A stretch of 64,000 nucleotides of DNA from Thermoplasmatota archaeon. Lineage in GTDB: Archaea > Thermoplasmatota > Penumbrarchaeia > JANQNL01. The stretch spans positions 27 through 64,026 of the forward strand of contig JANQNL010000166.1 in the NCBI GenBank assembly GCA_028279585.1, in the 5' to 3' direction. The position numbers and the translations under genes were made by a program. Positions 8,867-17,562 of the stretch are shown here, one piece after another. The notes beneath the pieces were generated by a model. The model was not told where the DNA came from and did not search any database. It worked only from the letters and a program-made list of their open reading frames with translations. Numbering within the stretch: position 1 is the stretch's first letter; the number at the start of each line of letters is the position of its first letter.

Positions 8867-9970
8867 TCACTTCATCAGTGCCTTGATGTGCTTCAGGATA
8901 CGCTTTGCCACTTGGGCAGAATCATAACGCTTAGAGGAGCGTCTGCAGGCCTTCTTCATCTGGTTGCAGACGTCCTCGTCAGCCTTTCTAATGGCCTTGT
9001 TAAGACCCTTGACGTCGGAGAACATGAACGAGTTCTTGTCGTTGAGGTATTCGAGGGGCCCGCCCTCTGCAACAGATAGGACGGGTTTGCCAGAGGCCAA
9101 AGCCTCGATCGGTGCCATGCCGAAGTCCTCCCGCTCTGCTGTGAACACAAAGGCCCTGCAGCGCGAGTAGAGGTCCACAAGCTCGTCGTCACCGACACGC
9201 CCAAGGAACTCGACCTTGGCACCGGTCTTCTTTGCAAGCTTCTCAAGCTTCTTTCTTTCTGGACCGTCGCCTGCGACCACAAGCTTCTCACCGGTCTTCG
9301 CTATGGCCTTTATCTGCCAGTCCACGCGCTTGTTCTGGCGCAGACCACCCGCGGTGAAGAAGAACCCTTCAGAGTCCTTGTTGTTGAACCTGGTGGTGTC
9401 TATGGGAGCATAGACAACTCCTCTAGGCTTTTTCCCGTAGATCCTCTCGTAGCGCTGAGCAACAAGCTGTGAGTTCGTCACAACCCTGTTCGGGTCCACG
9501 ACCTTCGAGAAGTAGTAATGGTCAAGCTTTCCCCGTATGGCCATGGAGGTCTTTGCCATGGTCCGTGAGACGAACGGCCAGGTGTTGATCCTGTCCATCA
9601 GAGGTTTCTTCAGATCATAGAAACCTCGTTCTGGAGTGTGGCATAGGTAGAGGTATGGACGCTTGTCGAAGCTATGTCTGTACATACAGAAGTTGGACAT
9701 GATGAGCAGGAAGTCCCCTTTCACATCCCTACGCAAGGCTGACCTTGCATAGTACTCCCAGGGATATATGGAGAAGGAGTCCGGAAACCGCATCTTCAGG
9801 GGATGGACCATGTTGGATATGCCTGGGTAGAACTCGTCCATCTTGGAGGTGAACCTGACAGTATAGATGTCTGCCTTCAGGTGTTTACCCATCTCGTAGG
9901 CGAACCGCTCGGCCCCGTTATTGCCTTCGAAGAAGGCGGGGTGAAGGATGGCGATCTCCATGACCATCAC
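8867..9970 (-). CDS. glycosyltransferase, GT4 / group 1 family
   Basis: 367 aa. The C-terminal GT-B signature is LVVAGDGPE...FVFTAEREDFGMAPIEALASGKPVL (E-x7-E type). The gene lies 9 nt downstream of the 2366-aa surface-protein gene on the same strand. Confidence 0.8.
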   Translation of the reverse strand: MMVMEIAILHPAFFEGNNGAERFAYEMGKHLKADIYTVRFTSKMDEFYPGISNMVHPLKMRFPDSFSIYPWEYYARSALRRDVKGDFLLIMSNFCMYRHSFDKRPYLYLCHTPERGFYDLKKPLMDRINTWPFVSRTMAKTSMAIRGKLDHYYFSKVVDPNRVVTNSQLVAQRYERIYGKKPRGVVYAPIDTTRFNNKDSEGFFFTAGGLRQNKRVDWQIKAIAKTGEKLVVAGDGPERKKLEKLAKKTGAKVEFLGRVGDDELVDLYSRCRAFVFTAEREDFGMAPIEALASGKPVLSVAEGGPLEYLNDKNSFMFSDVKGLNKAIRKADEDVCNQMKKACRRSSKRYDSAQVAKRILKHIKALMK

Positions 9971-9979
9971 GCTTTGGGA

Positions 9980-12900
9980 TCATTTCCTCTTCTTGCCCTT
10001 TTTGGACTTACCCTTCTTCTTCTTTCCCTTCTTCTTCTTTGGCTTGGGTTCGTCCTCCCAGTCATCGTCGAGGTCGTCATACTCGTCAAGGGAGTCCTCC
10101 TCGAGGTCTGCCATCATCTCGTCCTCTTCGGCAGAGACATTGGGGTCGATGATATCATCATCGAACTCTGCGCCGCAGTGTGGGCACTCGGAGATGGTCT
10201 CTGGGACCAGCTCGCCGCATGCACCGCACTCGACAAGTTCTGTGTTGAGGTCCAGGGCGGAAAGGTCCACTCCATCGACGTTGACGCTTGGTCCTGCAGC
10301 TGCAGGAAGGAGCTTCGTGTTGGTGGAGATGTCGCCCATGGCCCTGATGAGCGCGTCGTAGTCAGGTCCCTCGTCCTCGTCCTCAAGTCCAAGCATCGGC
10401 ATTATCCTGGAGCGTAGCAGCAAGAACACAGAAGCTGCGAAGAGGATTACGAATATCAGAACGAGCAGGACAATGAGAAGGACCTGGAAACCGAAGCTGA
10501 TGCTCTCTCCGCCTGCTCCATCGGTGCTTGTGTTATCCACAGCATCTGCGATTCCATTGTTATCAGCATCAGGGTCCTCATTGGCGTTCTTTGGATTAGT
10601 GCCGTACCTGATCTCCTCAAGATCGGACCATCCATCGTTGTCATCGTCCTCATCAAGGGCATCAGGTATCATGTCCCCATCGAAGTCAGAGGGTTTTGAC
10701 CTGTTGTCAAGTGGATCGGTCGCCAGTTCAAGCTCTGTCGTATCTGACCAGCCATCTCCATCATCGTCGCTGTCAAGGGTGTCTGGGATGCCATCGTTGT
10801 CAGTGTCGACCTCCACCACCTCTGGTTCGATAGTAAAGGTGTAAGTTGCATCCTCGCCGCGCGCCCACGCGCGGTCCCGGACCTCTATGACCAGAGTAAC
10901 GTCGTTGCCGACCCAGAAGCTGATTATCGTAGAGGTTATCTCCTGGTTCTCACCAGAGCCATTACCGACGGTCCACTCCTGTCCGCCCCAAGCTCCATTT
11001 CCGCTTGTCCATCTGAACCTGTAGAATATCTCATCGCCGTCAGGGTCTGTTGCGGTCACGAGTGCAAGAATCTTGCTTGTGGACTCTGTGGGCTGTTCGG
11101 GGTCGATACCGATGGAGGTAATGACCGGTGCAGAGTTCTGGACCTTGATGGAGTCCGAGTTGCGGGAGACACCGATGTCCGAGTCCTCGTATGGAGTGAC
11201 GACGACCCTTATCTCATCGCCTTTGACGAAGTTGTCACTTGTGAGGGTCTTGCCCGTGGCACCTGGTATGTCAAGCCACTCATCCTCCTGATGGATCTGC
11301 CACTGGTAGAGCAGACCCTTGGTATCTGAGACGTCCTTGTCGATGTCATACCAACCGCTTACGCCTGCCTCGAGGTTCGTGTTGGTGGTGACGCCTGAAG
11401 CTGGAGTGATGAATGCCGAGTCGATGACCGGAACGGAGTTACCAATTACGATGGTCTCTGTTGTTACCACATTGGAATACTTGGACCCAGCATCGTCTGT
11501 GACCTTGAAGACACAGTACCATTCCTCACCCTTCTTATGCGTTCCAATGGTGGCTTGTGTGAAATTGGTGATGGTGCCATCCGCGGTCTTCTGGAACCAC
11601 AAGTATGTCTCGACACCTACAGCATCCTCTTCCACATCGTAGTAATCATATCTGATGGTCATATCCATACCAGCCTTTGGATTGCTGGGATAGATAGTGA
11701 CATTTGATATCACTGGGGCATCGTTGACAGATATTATCGTGACATCGATCTTCACAGTTGTGGAGTCACCTTCATCATCGGTGGCCTTGACCCAGATCTT
11801 ACCTGTTCCGAACTGGTTCCTGTCCGGTATGAGGTCATACCCAAGGTCTGTCCTTTGGGATACTGTGAAATCTCCCTCTGTTGTAATGGTTATAGTTATG
11901 TTACCGGTATCTGTGAAAGCATTGTAAGGATAGAAGGCCCCATAGACCGGTATGTCCTCGTTCGTAGTGATGAGCGTTGGAAGAACTCCATCATTGATCT
12001 TTGGACCAAGGTTATAGACGAACACAACGCTCTTGCTCCTGTCCATGGTAACGTTCTTCTCAAGGTACTTGTCCTCAGCTGACAGGCTCTGTGCATCGGT
12101 CTGGACGAAGTGTAGCCTTGTCCCGTAGTCGAAGCTGGTGCCCGTCTGTCTATACTCCTTACATGGGATAAAGAGAACAGAGCTTCCGGTCACCTTGCGC
12201 TTGGAAAGAACGGTTGCGTCCTTTCCATCCTTTACAAGGAGGTAGGTGTTGTCCATTGCATCACCATACTCGTCCTGGATGTGCACATCAAGATACCAAT
12301 ACCTCTCGATGTAGGAAGCACCGTCCAATACCTCGCACTTGTCCTTGTCGAGAGAGGTGTTATAGACAAAGGCCCTTCCACCCTCAACATCAAGATCTGT
12401 TACCGTGTTGCTGAGTGTGCTGTTGTAGATCCTTGCATGGTTCTCGACCAGGATGACGCCCTGATCGTTCATGGTTATCGTAGAACCGGACATGGTAAGA
12501 TTGTTATTGCTCGCATCGTCTGCTGATTCGAAGCTGTAGATGGCCTGGTTGCAGTTCTTTATGGTGGTGTCTTCGACCTCCATCCTGGTCTCCTTTGCAT
12601 AGATCCCATAGAACTGCATATCATCTATCGTTGTCTCCTCGATCTCTGCCAAAGCAGAATCCAGGTAAAGACCTGACGTTCCACCAGATATCACTGTGTC
12701 GGTCACTGTAACGATACAGGCACCGAGGACTGGTTTGACGTAGATGGATGAGGCATCTGTGATGGTGGAGTGCGAGATGGCCAGGGTTGTTCCGCTCTGT
12801 GAGAACGTGAAGTCATCCTTGCCTTCTGCAACATCCATTGTCACACTGTCGAAGGTTATAGAGCTCGATACCTCTCCGAACACACCGTTCCCTGATTCCA

Positions 12901-15900
12901 GGAACTCGATGTTCGCGTTGGAAAGGACAATGGACCGGCCGTTGGTGACAGTGATCGTCCCATCGAACCTTCTGATGGTGTTGCTTGTAACAACGTTCTT
13001 GTAGACCTCCCAGTCAACAAAGATGCCCTCGCCGCCATCAAGGTCGTAAAGACCGTTGTAGGATAGGTCATTGTTGTTGATGTAGGCAGTCCATACGTTC
13101 GATGTTGGGTTCGCATCATAGTGGATGTAGACCCCGTTCTTCGTGTTCGTAGAGACGATGTTGTCTGTGAACTCCACTATCGTTGTATCGTTGAACTGGC
13201 CCCGGTTCACTACAAGGTCATCACGCTGTGCCCAGTCATCATATAGGTTCACACCATGACGGAGATTATTGGTCATGGACGAACCGATGAAGCTTGCCAC
13301 GGATGTCCTATAGAGCCTCACACCGTCGTTGGCGTTCTGGTTGGTGACAACCGCGTTCAGGACTACATCCTCACCGCCCTCGATGAGTATTCCGTCATCG
13401 AAGTTGGTGTCACAGGTGGTCTCCTTGATGATGGCTCCGACAGGGTTTTTGAGGTAGATACCCGCGTCCTTGTTTGAGTTTGCATAGCAGTCCTCCAAGG
13501 TCCCTGTGAAGTTGTAGAGGCGCATCCCCTCATGGTCGTTGGAGTTTGCGCGGATGTAATAGAACTCGGTGATCGGTCCATCGAGGGTCGGGCCCTCATC
13601 GTGGACGAATATGCCGAGCTCGTTGGAGTCGAAGGTGGACAGCATGTTCCCGGATGTGCCAGATACCCATGCTTCTGCGCCGTCCTTGATGTATAGGCCG
13701 ATCCTTCCATTGTTGTTGGCTGAGTTCTGATAGAGGTATGTGGATGAATGCTTCTCAAGTCTTATTCCATCAACTTCGCTGTTCATCACGGTATTTCCAG
13801 TGAGTTGCATATATTGGTATGAAGATGCTCTGATCCCAGCTCCAGTTGAGATCCTCTGTGCGGCCATATCAACATCATTGTTCGATATCGTGCCTCTGAC
13901 GTATCCCATGGCATTGATACCATTGTTTCCACAGCCTGATATGTCATTTCCATCCACAGTGACATGGACAGGATCGAGGAAATGCTTAAGAGAGATACCA
14001 TCGAGATAGCTATCAATGATGGTATTATCACTTATGATGGGTGAATATCCGCTGTAAAGATAAATCCCAAAGTTGCATTCCTGAATAGTATTTGATGATA
14101 CCAATGCAGAACCCTTTTGGATGTGTATCCCAGAATCGGTTCCATTGTAACCCTTTATCGAGTTCCCAATGGCCTGGACCCCAGTGGACCGCAGGTTATT
14201 ACTATCGATCCATATGCCACACCAACCACCATCATCGACATCCTCTATCGTATTGGATGAAACCACTGCAGAGGAGCCATCGATAACTATACCATACCGA
14301 TCAGGGTCAGGATTGTCCTCATGCCCGATCTCATTGTTGGATGCCACGGTCTTCATTGAATCTTCGACCAAGATGCCAGTTGTCACGTTGTAGATCTTGT
14401 TGTTCTCTATCCTTACAACACCTGGAGCTGTGCAGACAAAGCCATCAGCATCCAGTGAGGTCGTCGTCGTCTCTGCATTCTCATGGACCAGGCTCGTACG
14501 TCCTGCAAGCACTTCGTACCTGATGTCATCGATGAACCATCCTCCATCGGGTCCATCATTGTAGTATGCAAATCGTATCATGACCTCTTTTCCCCAATAT
14601 GGGTCCATATCGATGCCCGTGAGCACCCAGCCACCTGAATCTCCGGCAAATCCATCGCCGCCGATCAGTTCAATGCTTCCAAAATTATAGACCGTGGAGC
14701 TGTTATCAAGGATATTCCAGGTCAGACCGAGATCTGTTGAGATCTCCACCCGGGCGCCTCCACAATTGTACCAATGGTAGAAGGTCAGGTTCTCACCTGC
14801 GCTAATGAAGCTTGTGTTCAGCTCAAGATATGAGGCTTCAGTTCCAGTGTTCGCATCGAGGTCTGTTCCCCAACAATAGTTACCAGAATGTGCTCCAGTA
14901 GGACCGCCGCTTGTAGATGTGGGTGTTCCTATCTCCCATGAATCAGCTGTATGTGTTGAATAGTAATCTATGGCCCTTCCATGGACCCACATGTTCTTGA
15001 AGTTGTTGAACTCTGAATCGTCGAGATTTGAATACTCAAGGTCATGGACTGCGTTGTTCACGGAGTTATATTCAACGACACGGATCTCATCGATGAGCCA
15101 ACCATAATCGTTACCAGCTCCAAACGTCTGGTATTCAAAGGTGATGTTCACGGTATCGTTGTTCCACTGCCTCAGGTCGATTATGTTCTCTCTCCAAGAT
15201 GAGGAGGAGCCAAGGGTCTTCAATGTATTTGGGAAGGTCTGGCCACCATCGGTTGACAACTTAACGTCACCGTTTGCATCGGTAAGGTCATCACAATGGT
15301 CCCAGTAATACAGGATAGGGTTCTTGGTTCCCTTGATATTGACGGAGAACTCCAATTCACTGTCGACACTGTCACCAATGCCGGAGAACCATGTTCCAGT
15401 TCCATGAACGGTCTCAAAGGACCCACCATCAACATACAGACCGATGTCCCTCGTTCCCTTAATGCTATTTCCAACGATCTCAAGTGGCTTACCTCTGTAA
15501 TCATTAGCAGAATGCACCATGACACCTGGGTGTAGGTCCAACAGCGGATCGGTGAAAGTATTGTTCGCTATCCTTGGGAAAGAATTGAAGACTCTGATAT
15601 GTTCTCCCGATTCCTCGAACATACAGGATTCCACAGTGATATTGCTATCATACATCATGATCTCGACTCGATGGAAGGTCGAGGCCATGGCATGTAACGT
15701 TCCCCCATTGTGGACATTGATATCGAACTTGACACTGTTCATGCCCATGAGAACTGATGCATCATTGGTTGTCGCGCTGTTGTTGTCATTGTCCCATATG
15801 AACAGCTGGCCACCATCTTGTACCTGAATGCCTGGACCTGTTGCATATATCACCAGTGTCACATTCTCGAGTATCAGAGTTCCCTGAACGTTCAGGTTAC

Positions 15901-17080
15901 TGCAAAAGATGACAGTGTCATTATAGTGCTCAACTGTGGAGGCAGATACGGTCCATGCGGTCTTGTTGTGACCTACATTCACGATCTGGTTGTTCGTGAC
16001 CTCTTTGTTCTCCACATAGTCTGTAGAGTTGAACTGGAGCTGGTGAATGCCAATACCCTTTGTGAACGGTCCTGAGTAGCTTGTCCATTCGGTCTCATGG
16101 GCCTCCTTGTACTCGGTGTCGTTCAATCCAGCATAGTTCGAATGACCCGCATCATCTGTTGCGAAGATGAAGGTCTGTGTAGTATCTGTGATGTAATCGT
16201 ATCCCTTGACGTTCACATGGCTCTGTCCGAACCCAAGGGTCGTGGTCGGAGCGTCGTTGTCCATGTAGAAGTCCAGCTTGTGAACGTCGGTGTTCCCAGC
16301 CACATCATAGGCAGTGATATTGATGCTCGTATCCTCATTGACGTTAGGGTCAATGGTATATGTGGATGAGGTTCCTGTCCACCATGTAGATGATGCATCA
16401 TCTGTGTACGCTGCTGGTGAGTCGCCGAAGACGTTAGCCTCGAACTCGACCTTTTCCTTGCCACTGTCTGCGTCTGCCCAGTCGCCAGTGATGTTGAGGG
16501 TGTATGTGCCACCGTCATCGTCACTGTAGATGAAATCATTACCGCCAGCATCGTAGACGGAGAACATCTTGCCGCCCATGTAGCCGACGTTGACCTCAAT
16601 GTTGGAAAGTGACGGATCCACCGCATCGATGGTGAGGCTGGCATAGTTCTCGAACAAGCCTGTGGAGTTGTCCACCCATACGTCGTCACCATCAGCTGCC
16701 TCGATCTCCCTGTTAGGTCCATCTGTGGAACCAGCTATCGAGAAGTTACCGTGATAGTAGCTTGGTGCTACCCAGTCGCAGGTAAGTGCGAACCCTGTCC
16801 CATCGGATGTTGAGGATATGTCCACAACGACCGTGTCGCCTGATGATCCTGCATCTCCAGTTACATTGAGGTAGATGGTCGCTCCAGGTTTGGCCCATGA
16901 GAGTTCCTGGGTCAGAGCCTCGTCATAATAGATCTTGGCCGAATGTGAATCGTTCTGGGCCGCAGTTGTGGAATTTGCAGCAAGTATCACCATCACTGCT
17001 ATCAGTAATATCCCGATACCAATGGGTAAAAGCATTCTTCCATCAGCGATAGTTCTTTTATTGTCATCCTTTGTGACCAT
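9980..17080 (-). CDS. giant (2366 aa) surface protein: signal anchor, beta-sandwich modules, long right-handed beta-helix (PbH1/NosD-like) region, cadherin-like modules, TSP3 repeats, TM, and a cytoplasmic zinc ribbon plus poly-Lys tail
   Basis: GGAGGG lies upstream of ATG 17080. The N-terminal anchor is MLLPIGIGILLIAVMVILAA. Dozens of beta-helix turns are visible (e.g. NTIQECNFGIYLYSGYSPIISDNTIIDSYLDGISL). VNDAPVISNV junctions are present. TSP3 motifs include DTDNDGIPDTLDSDDDGDGWSD and DEDDDNDGWSD. The TM is VLLIVLLVLIFVILFAASVFLLL. The tail carries ECGACGELVPETISECPHCGAEF and ends KPKKKKGKKKKGKSKKGKKRK. Confidence 0.8.
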   Translation of the reverse strand: MVTKDDNKRTIADGRMLLPIGIGILLIAVMVILAANSTTAAQNDSHSAKIYYDEALTQELSWAKPGATIYLNVTGDAGSSGDTVVVDISSTSDGTGFALTCDWVAPSYYHGNFSIAGSTDGPNREIEAADGDDVWVDNSTGLFENYASLTIDAVDPSLSNIEVNVGYMGGKMFSVYDAGGNDFIYSDDDGGTYTLNITGDWADADSGKEKVEFEANVFGDSPAAYTDDASSTWWTGTSSTYTIDPNVNEDTSINITAYDVAGNTDVHKLDFYMDNDAPTTTLGFGQSHVNVKGYDYITDTTQTFIFATDDAGHSNYAGLNDTEYKEAHETEWTSYSGPFTKGIGIHQLQFNSTDYVENKEVTNNQIVNVGHNKTAWTVSASTVEHYNDTVIFCSNLNVQGTLILENVTLVIYATGPGIQVQDGGQLFIWDNDNNSATTNDASVLMGMNSVKFDINVHNGGTLHAMASTFHRVEIMMYDSNITVESCMFEESGEHIRVFNSFPRIANNTFTDPLLDLHPGVMVHSANDYRGKPLEIVGNSIKGTRDIGLYVDGGSFETVHGTGTWFSGIGDSVDSELEFSVNIKGTKNPILYYWDHCDDLTDANGDVKLSTDGGQTFPNTLKTLGSSSSWRENIIDLRQWNNDTVNITFEYQTFGAGNDYGWLIDEIRVVEYNSVNNAVHDLEYSNLDDSEFNNFKNMWVHGRAIDYYSTHTADSWEIGTPTSTSGGPTGAHSGNYCWGTDLDANTGTEASYLELNTSFISAGENLTFYHWYNCGGARVEISTDLGLTWNILDNSSTVYNFGSIELIGGDGFAGDSGGWVLTGIDMDPYWGKEVMIRFAYYNDGPDGGWFIDDIRYEVLAGRTSLVHENAETTTTSLDADGFVCTAPGVVRIENNKIYNVTTGILVEDSMKTVASNNEIGHEDNPDPDRYGIVIDGSSAVVSSNTIEDVDDGGWCGIWIDSNNLRSTGVQAIGNSIKGYNGTDSGIHIQKGSALVSSNTIQECNFGIYLYSGYSPIISDNTIIDSYLDGISLKHFLDPVHVTVDGNDISGCGNNGINAMGYVRGTISNNDVDMAAQRISTGAGIRASSYQYMQLTGNTVMNSEVDGIRLEKHSSTYLYQNSANNNGRIGLYIKDGAEAWVSGTSGNMLSTFDSNELGIFVHDEGPTLDGPITEFYYIRANSNDHEGMRLYNFTGTLEDCYANSNKDAGIYLKNPVGAIIKETTCDTNFDDGILIEGGEDVVLNAVVTNQNANDGVRLYRTSVASFIGSSMTNNLRHGVNLYDDWAQRDDLVVNRGQFNDTTIVEFTDNIVSTNTKNGVYIHYDANPTSNVWTAYINNNDLSYNGLYDLDGGEGIFVDWEVYKNVVTSNTIRRFDGTITVTNGRSIVLSNANIEFLESGNGVFGEVSSSITFDSVTMDVAEGKDDFTFSQSGTTLAISHSTITDASSIYVKPVLGACIVTVTDTVISGGTSGLYLDSALAEIEETTIDDMQFYGIYAKETRMEVEDTTIKNCNQAIYSFESADDASNNNLTMSGSTITMNDQGVILVENHARIYNSTLSNTVTDLDVEGGRAFVYNTSLDKDKCEVLDGASYIERYWYLDVHIQDEYGDAMDNTYLLVKDGKDATVLSKRKVTGSSVLFIPCKEYRQTGTSFDYGTRLHFVQTDAQSLSAEDKYLEKNVTMDRSKSVVFVYNLGPKINDGVLPTLITTNEDIPVYGAFYPYNAFTDTGNITITITTEGDFTVSQRTDLGYDLIPDRNQFGTGKIWVKATDDEGDSTTVKIDVTIISVNDAPVISNVTIYPSNPKAGMDMTIRYDYYDVEEDAVGVETYLWFQKTADGTITNFTQATIGTHKKGEEWYCVFKVTDDAGSKYSNVVTTETIVIGNSVPVIDSAFITPASGVTTNTNLEAGVSGWYDIDKDVSDTKGLLYQWQIHQEDEWLDIPGATGKTLTSDNFVKGDEIRVVVTPYEDSDIGVSRNSDSIKVQNSAPVITSIGIDPEQPTESTSKILALVTATDPDGDEIFYRFRWTSGNGAWGGQEWTVGNGSGENQEITSTIISFWVGNDVTLVIEVRDRAWARGEDATYTFTIEPEVVEVDTDNDGIPDTLDSDDDGDGWSDTTELELATDPLDNRSKPSDFDGDMIPDALDEDDDNDGWSDLEEIRYGTNPKNANEDPDADNNGIADAVDNTSTDGAGGESISFGFQVLLIVLLVLIFVILFAASVFLLLRSRIMPMLGLEDEDEGPDYDALIRAMGDISTNTKLLPAAAGPSVNVDGVDLSALDLNTELVECGACGELVPETISECPHCGAEFDDDIIDPNVSAEEDEMMADLEEDSLDEYDDLDDDWEDEPKPKKKKGKKKKGKSKKGKKRK

Positions 17081-17475
17081 CTAACGCCCTCCTTGAAGAC
17101 TTGGTGCCTAGACTTGGACAGGATAGCCTAGGCTGTGGTCATCTGAATGAGTATTGATATATATTAGTTTTTGAGCTATATGTGGATATAATACATTCTT
17201 AGAAGGGCCAGGAGAGCAGTTGTCATTATCAAATTCCTTTGGGGGAAGTATCCTCGATCGGATGAACAGACGTTGTCAGAATAAAGCTCAAGCTTCGTGA
17301 CCAGGAAATGGAAAGAGAGGTTGTCCCATCATCTTAACTACCGATGATCAGGACCGAGGATGTGACAATATGTCCCAGTATATTTCCTGGCCACTACGCT
17401 TTCCCTTTATTCGAACCGCGTACAGTGTACCTTATATGCATATACTATCTAAGTGGGGTACAAGTGTACCAATCG

Positions 17476-17485
17476 TTATATATAA
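17476..17485 (+). promoter_or_regulatory. TATA-like box for the 24-kb plus-strand gene string
   Basis: TTATATATAA lies about 80 nt upstream of ATG 17563, within the 482-bp AT-rich divergent spacer. Confidence 0.4.
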
Positions 17486-17515
17486 CTCCCACAGATACTT
17501 CGACGCCACCTCGAT

Positions 17516-17548
17516 AAAGGTAGCCAGATGTGTCTGGGGGCTACCTTT
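17516..17548 (+). promoter_or_regulatory. 5'-leader hairpin immediately upstream of the SD of the 2014-aa gene
   Basis: A perfect 10-bp stem pairs AAAGGTAGCC (17516-17525) with GGCTACCTTT (17539-17548) around a 13-nt loop. The stem ends 3 nt before GAAGGAGTG and ATG 17563. Confidence 0.5.
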
Positions 17549-17562
17549 GAAGGAGTGATAAT

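Noticed and set aside
9803-10417. 204-aa and 137-aa plus-strand ORFs spanning the GT4 / giant gene junction
   Set aside because: They are antisense to the GT4 N-terminus and to the Lys-rich/zinc-ribbon tail of the 2366-aa gene, and their translations are low-complexity.
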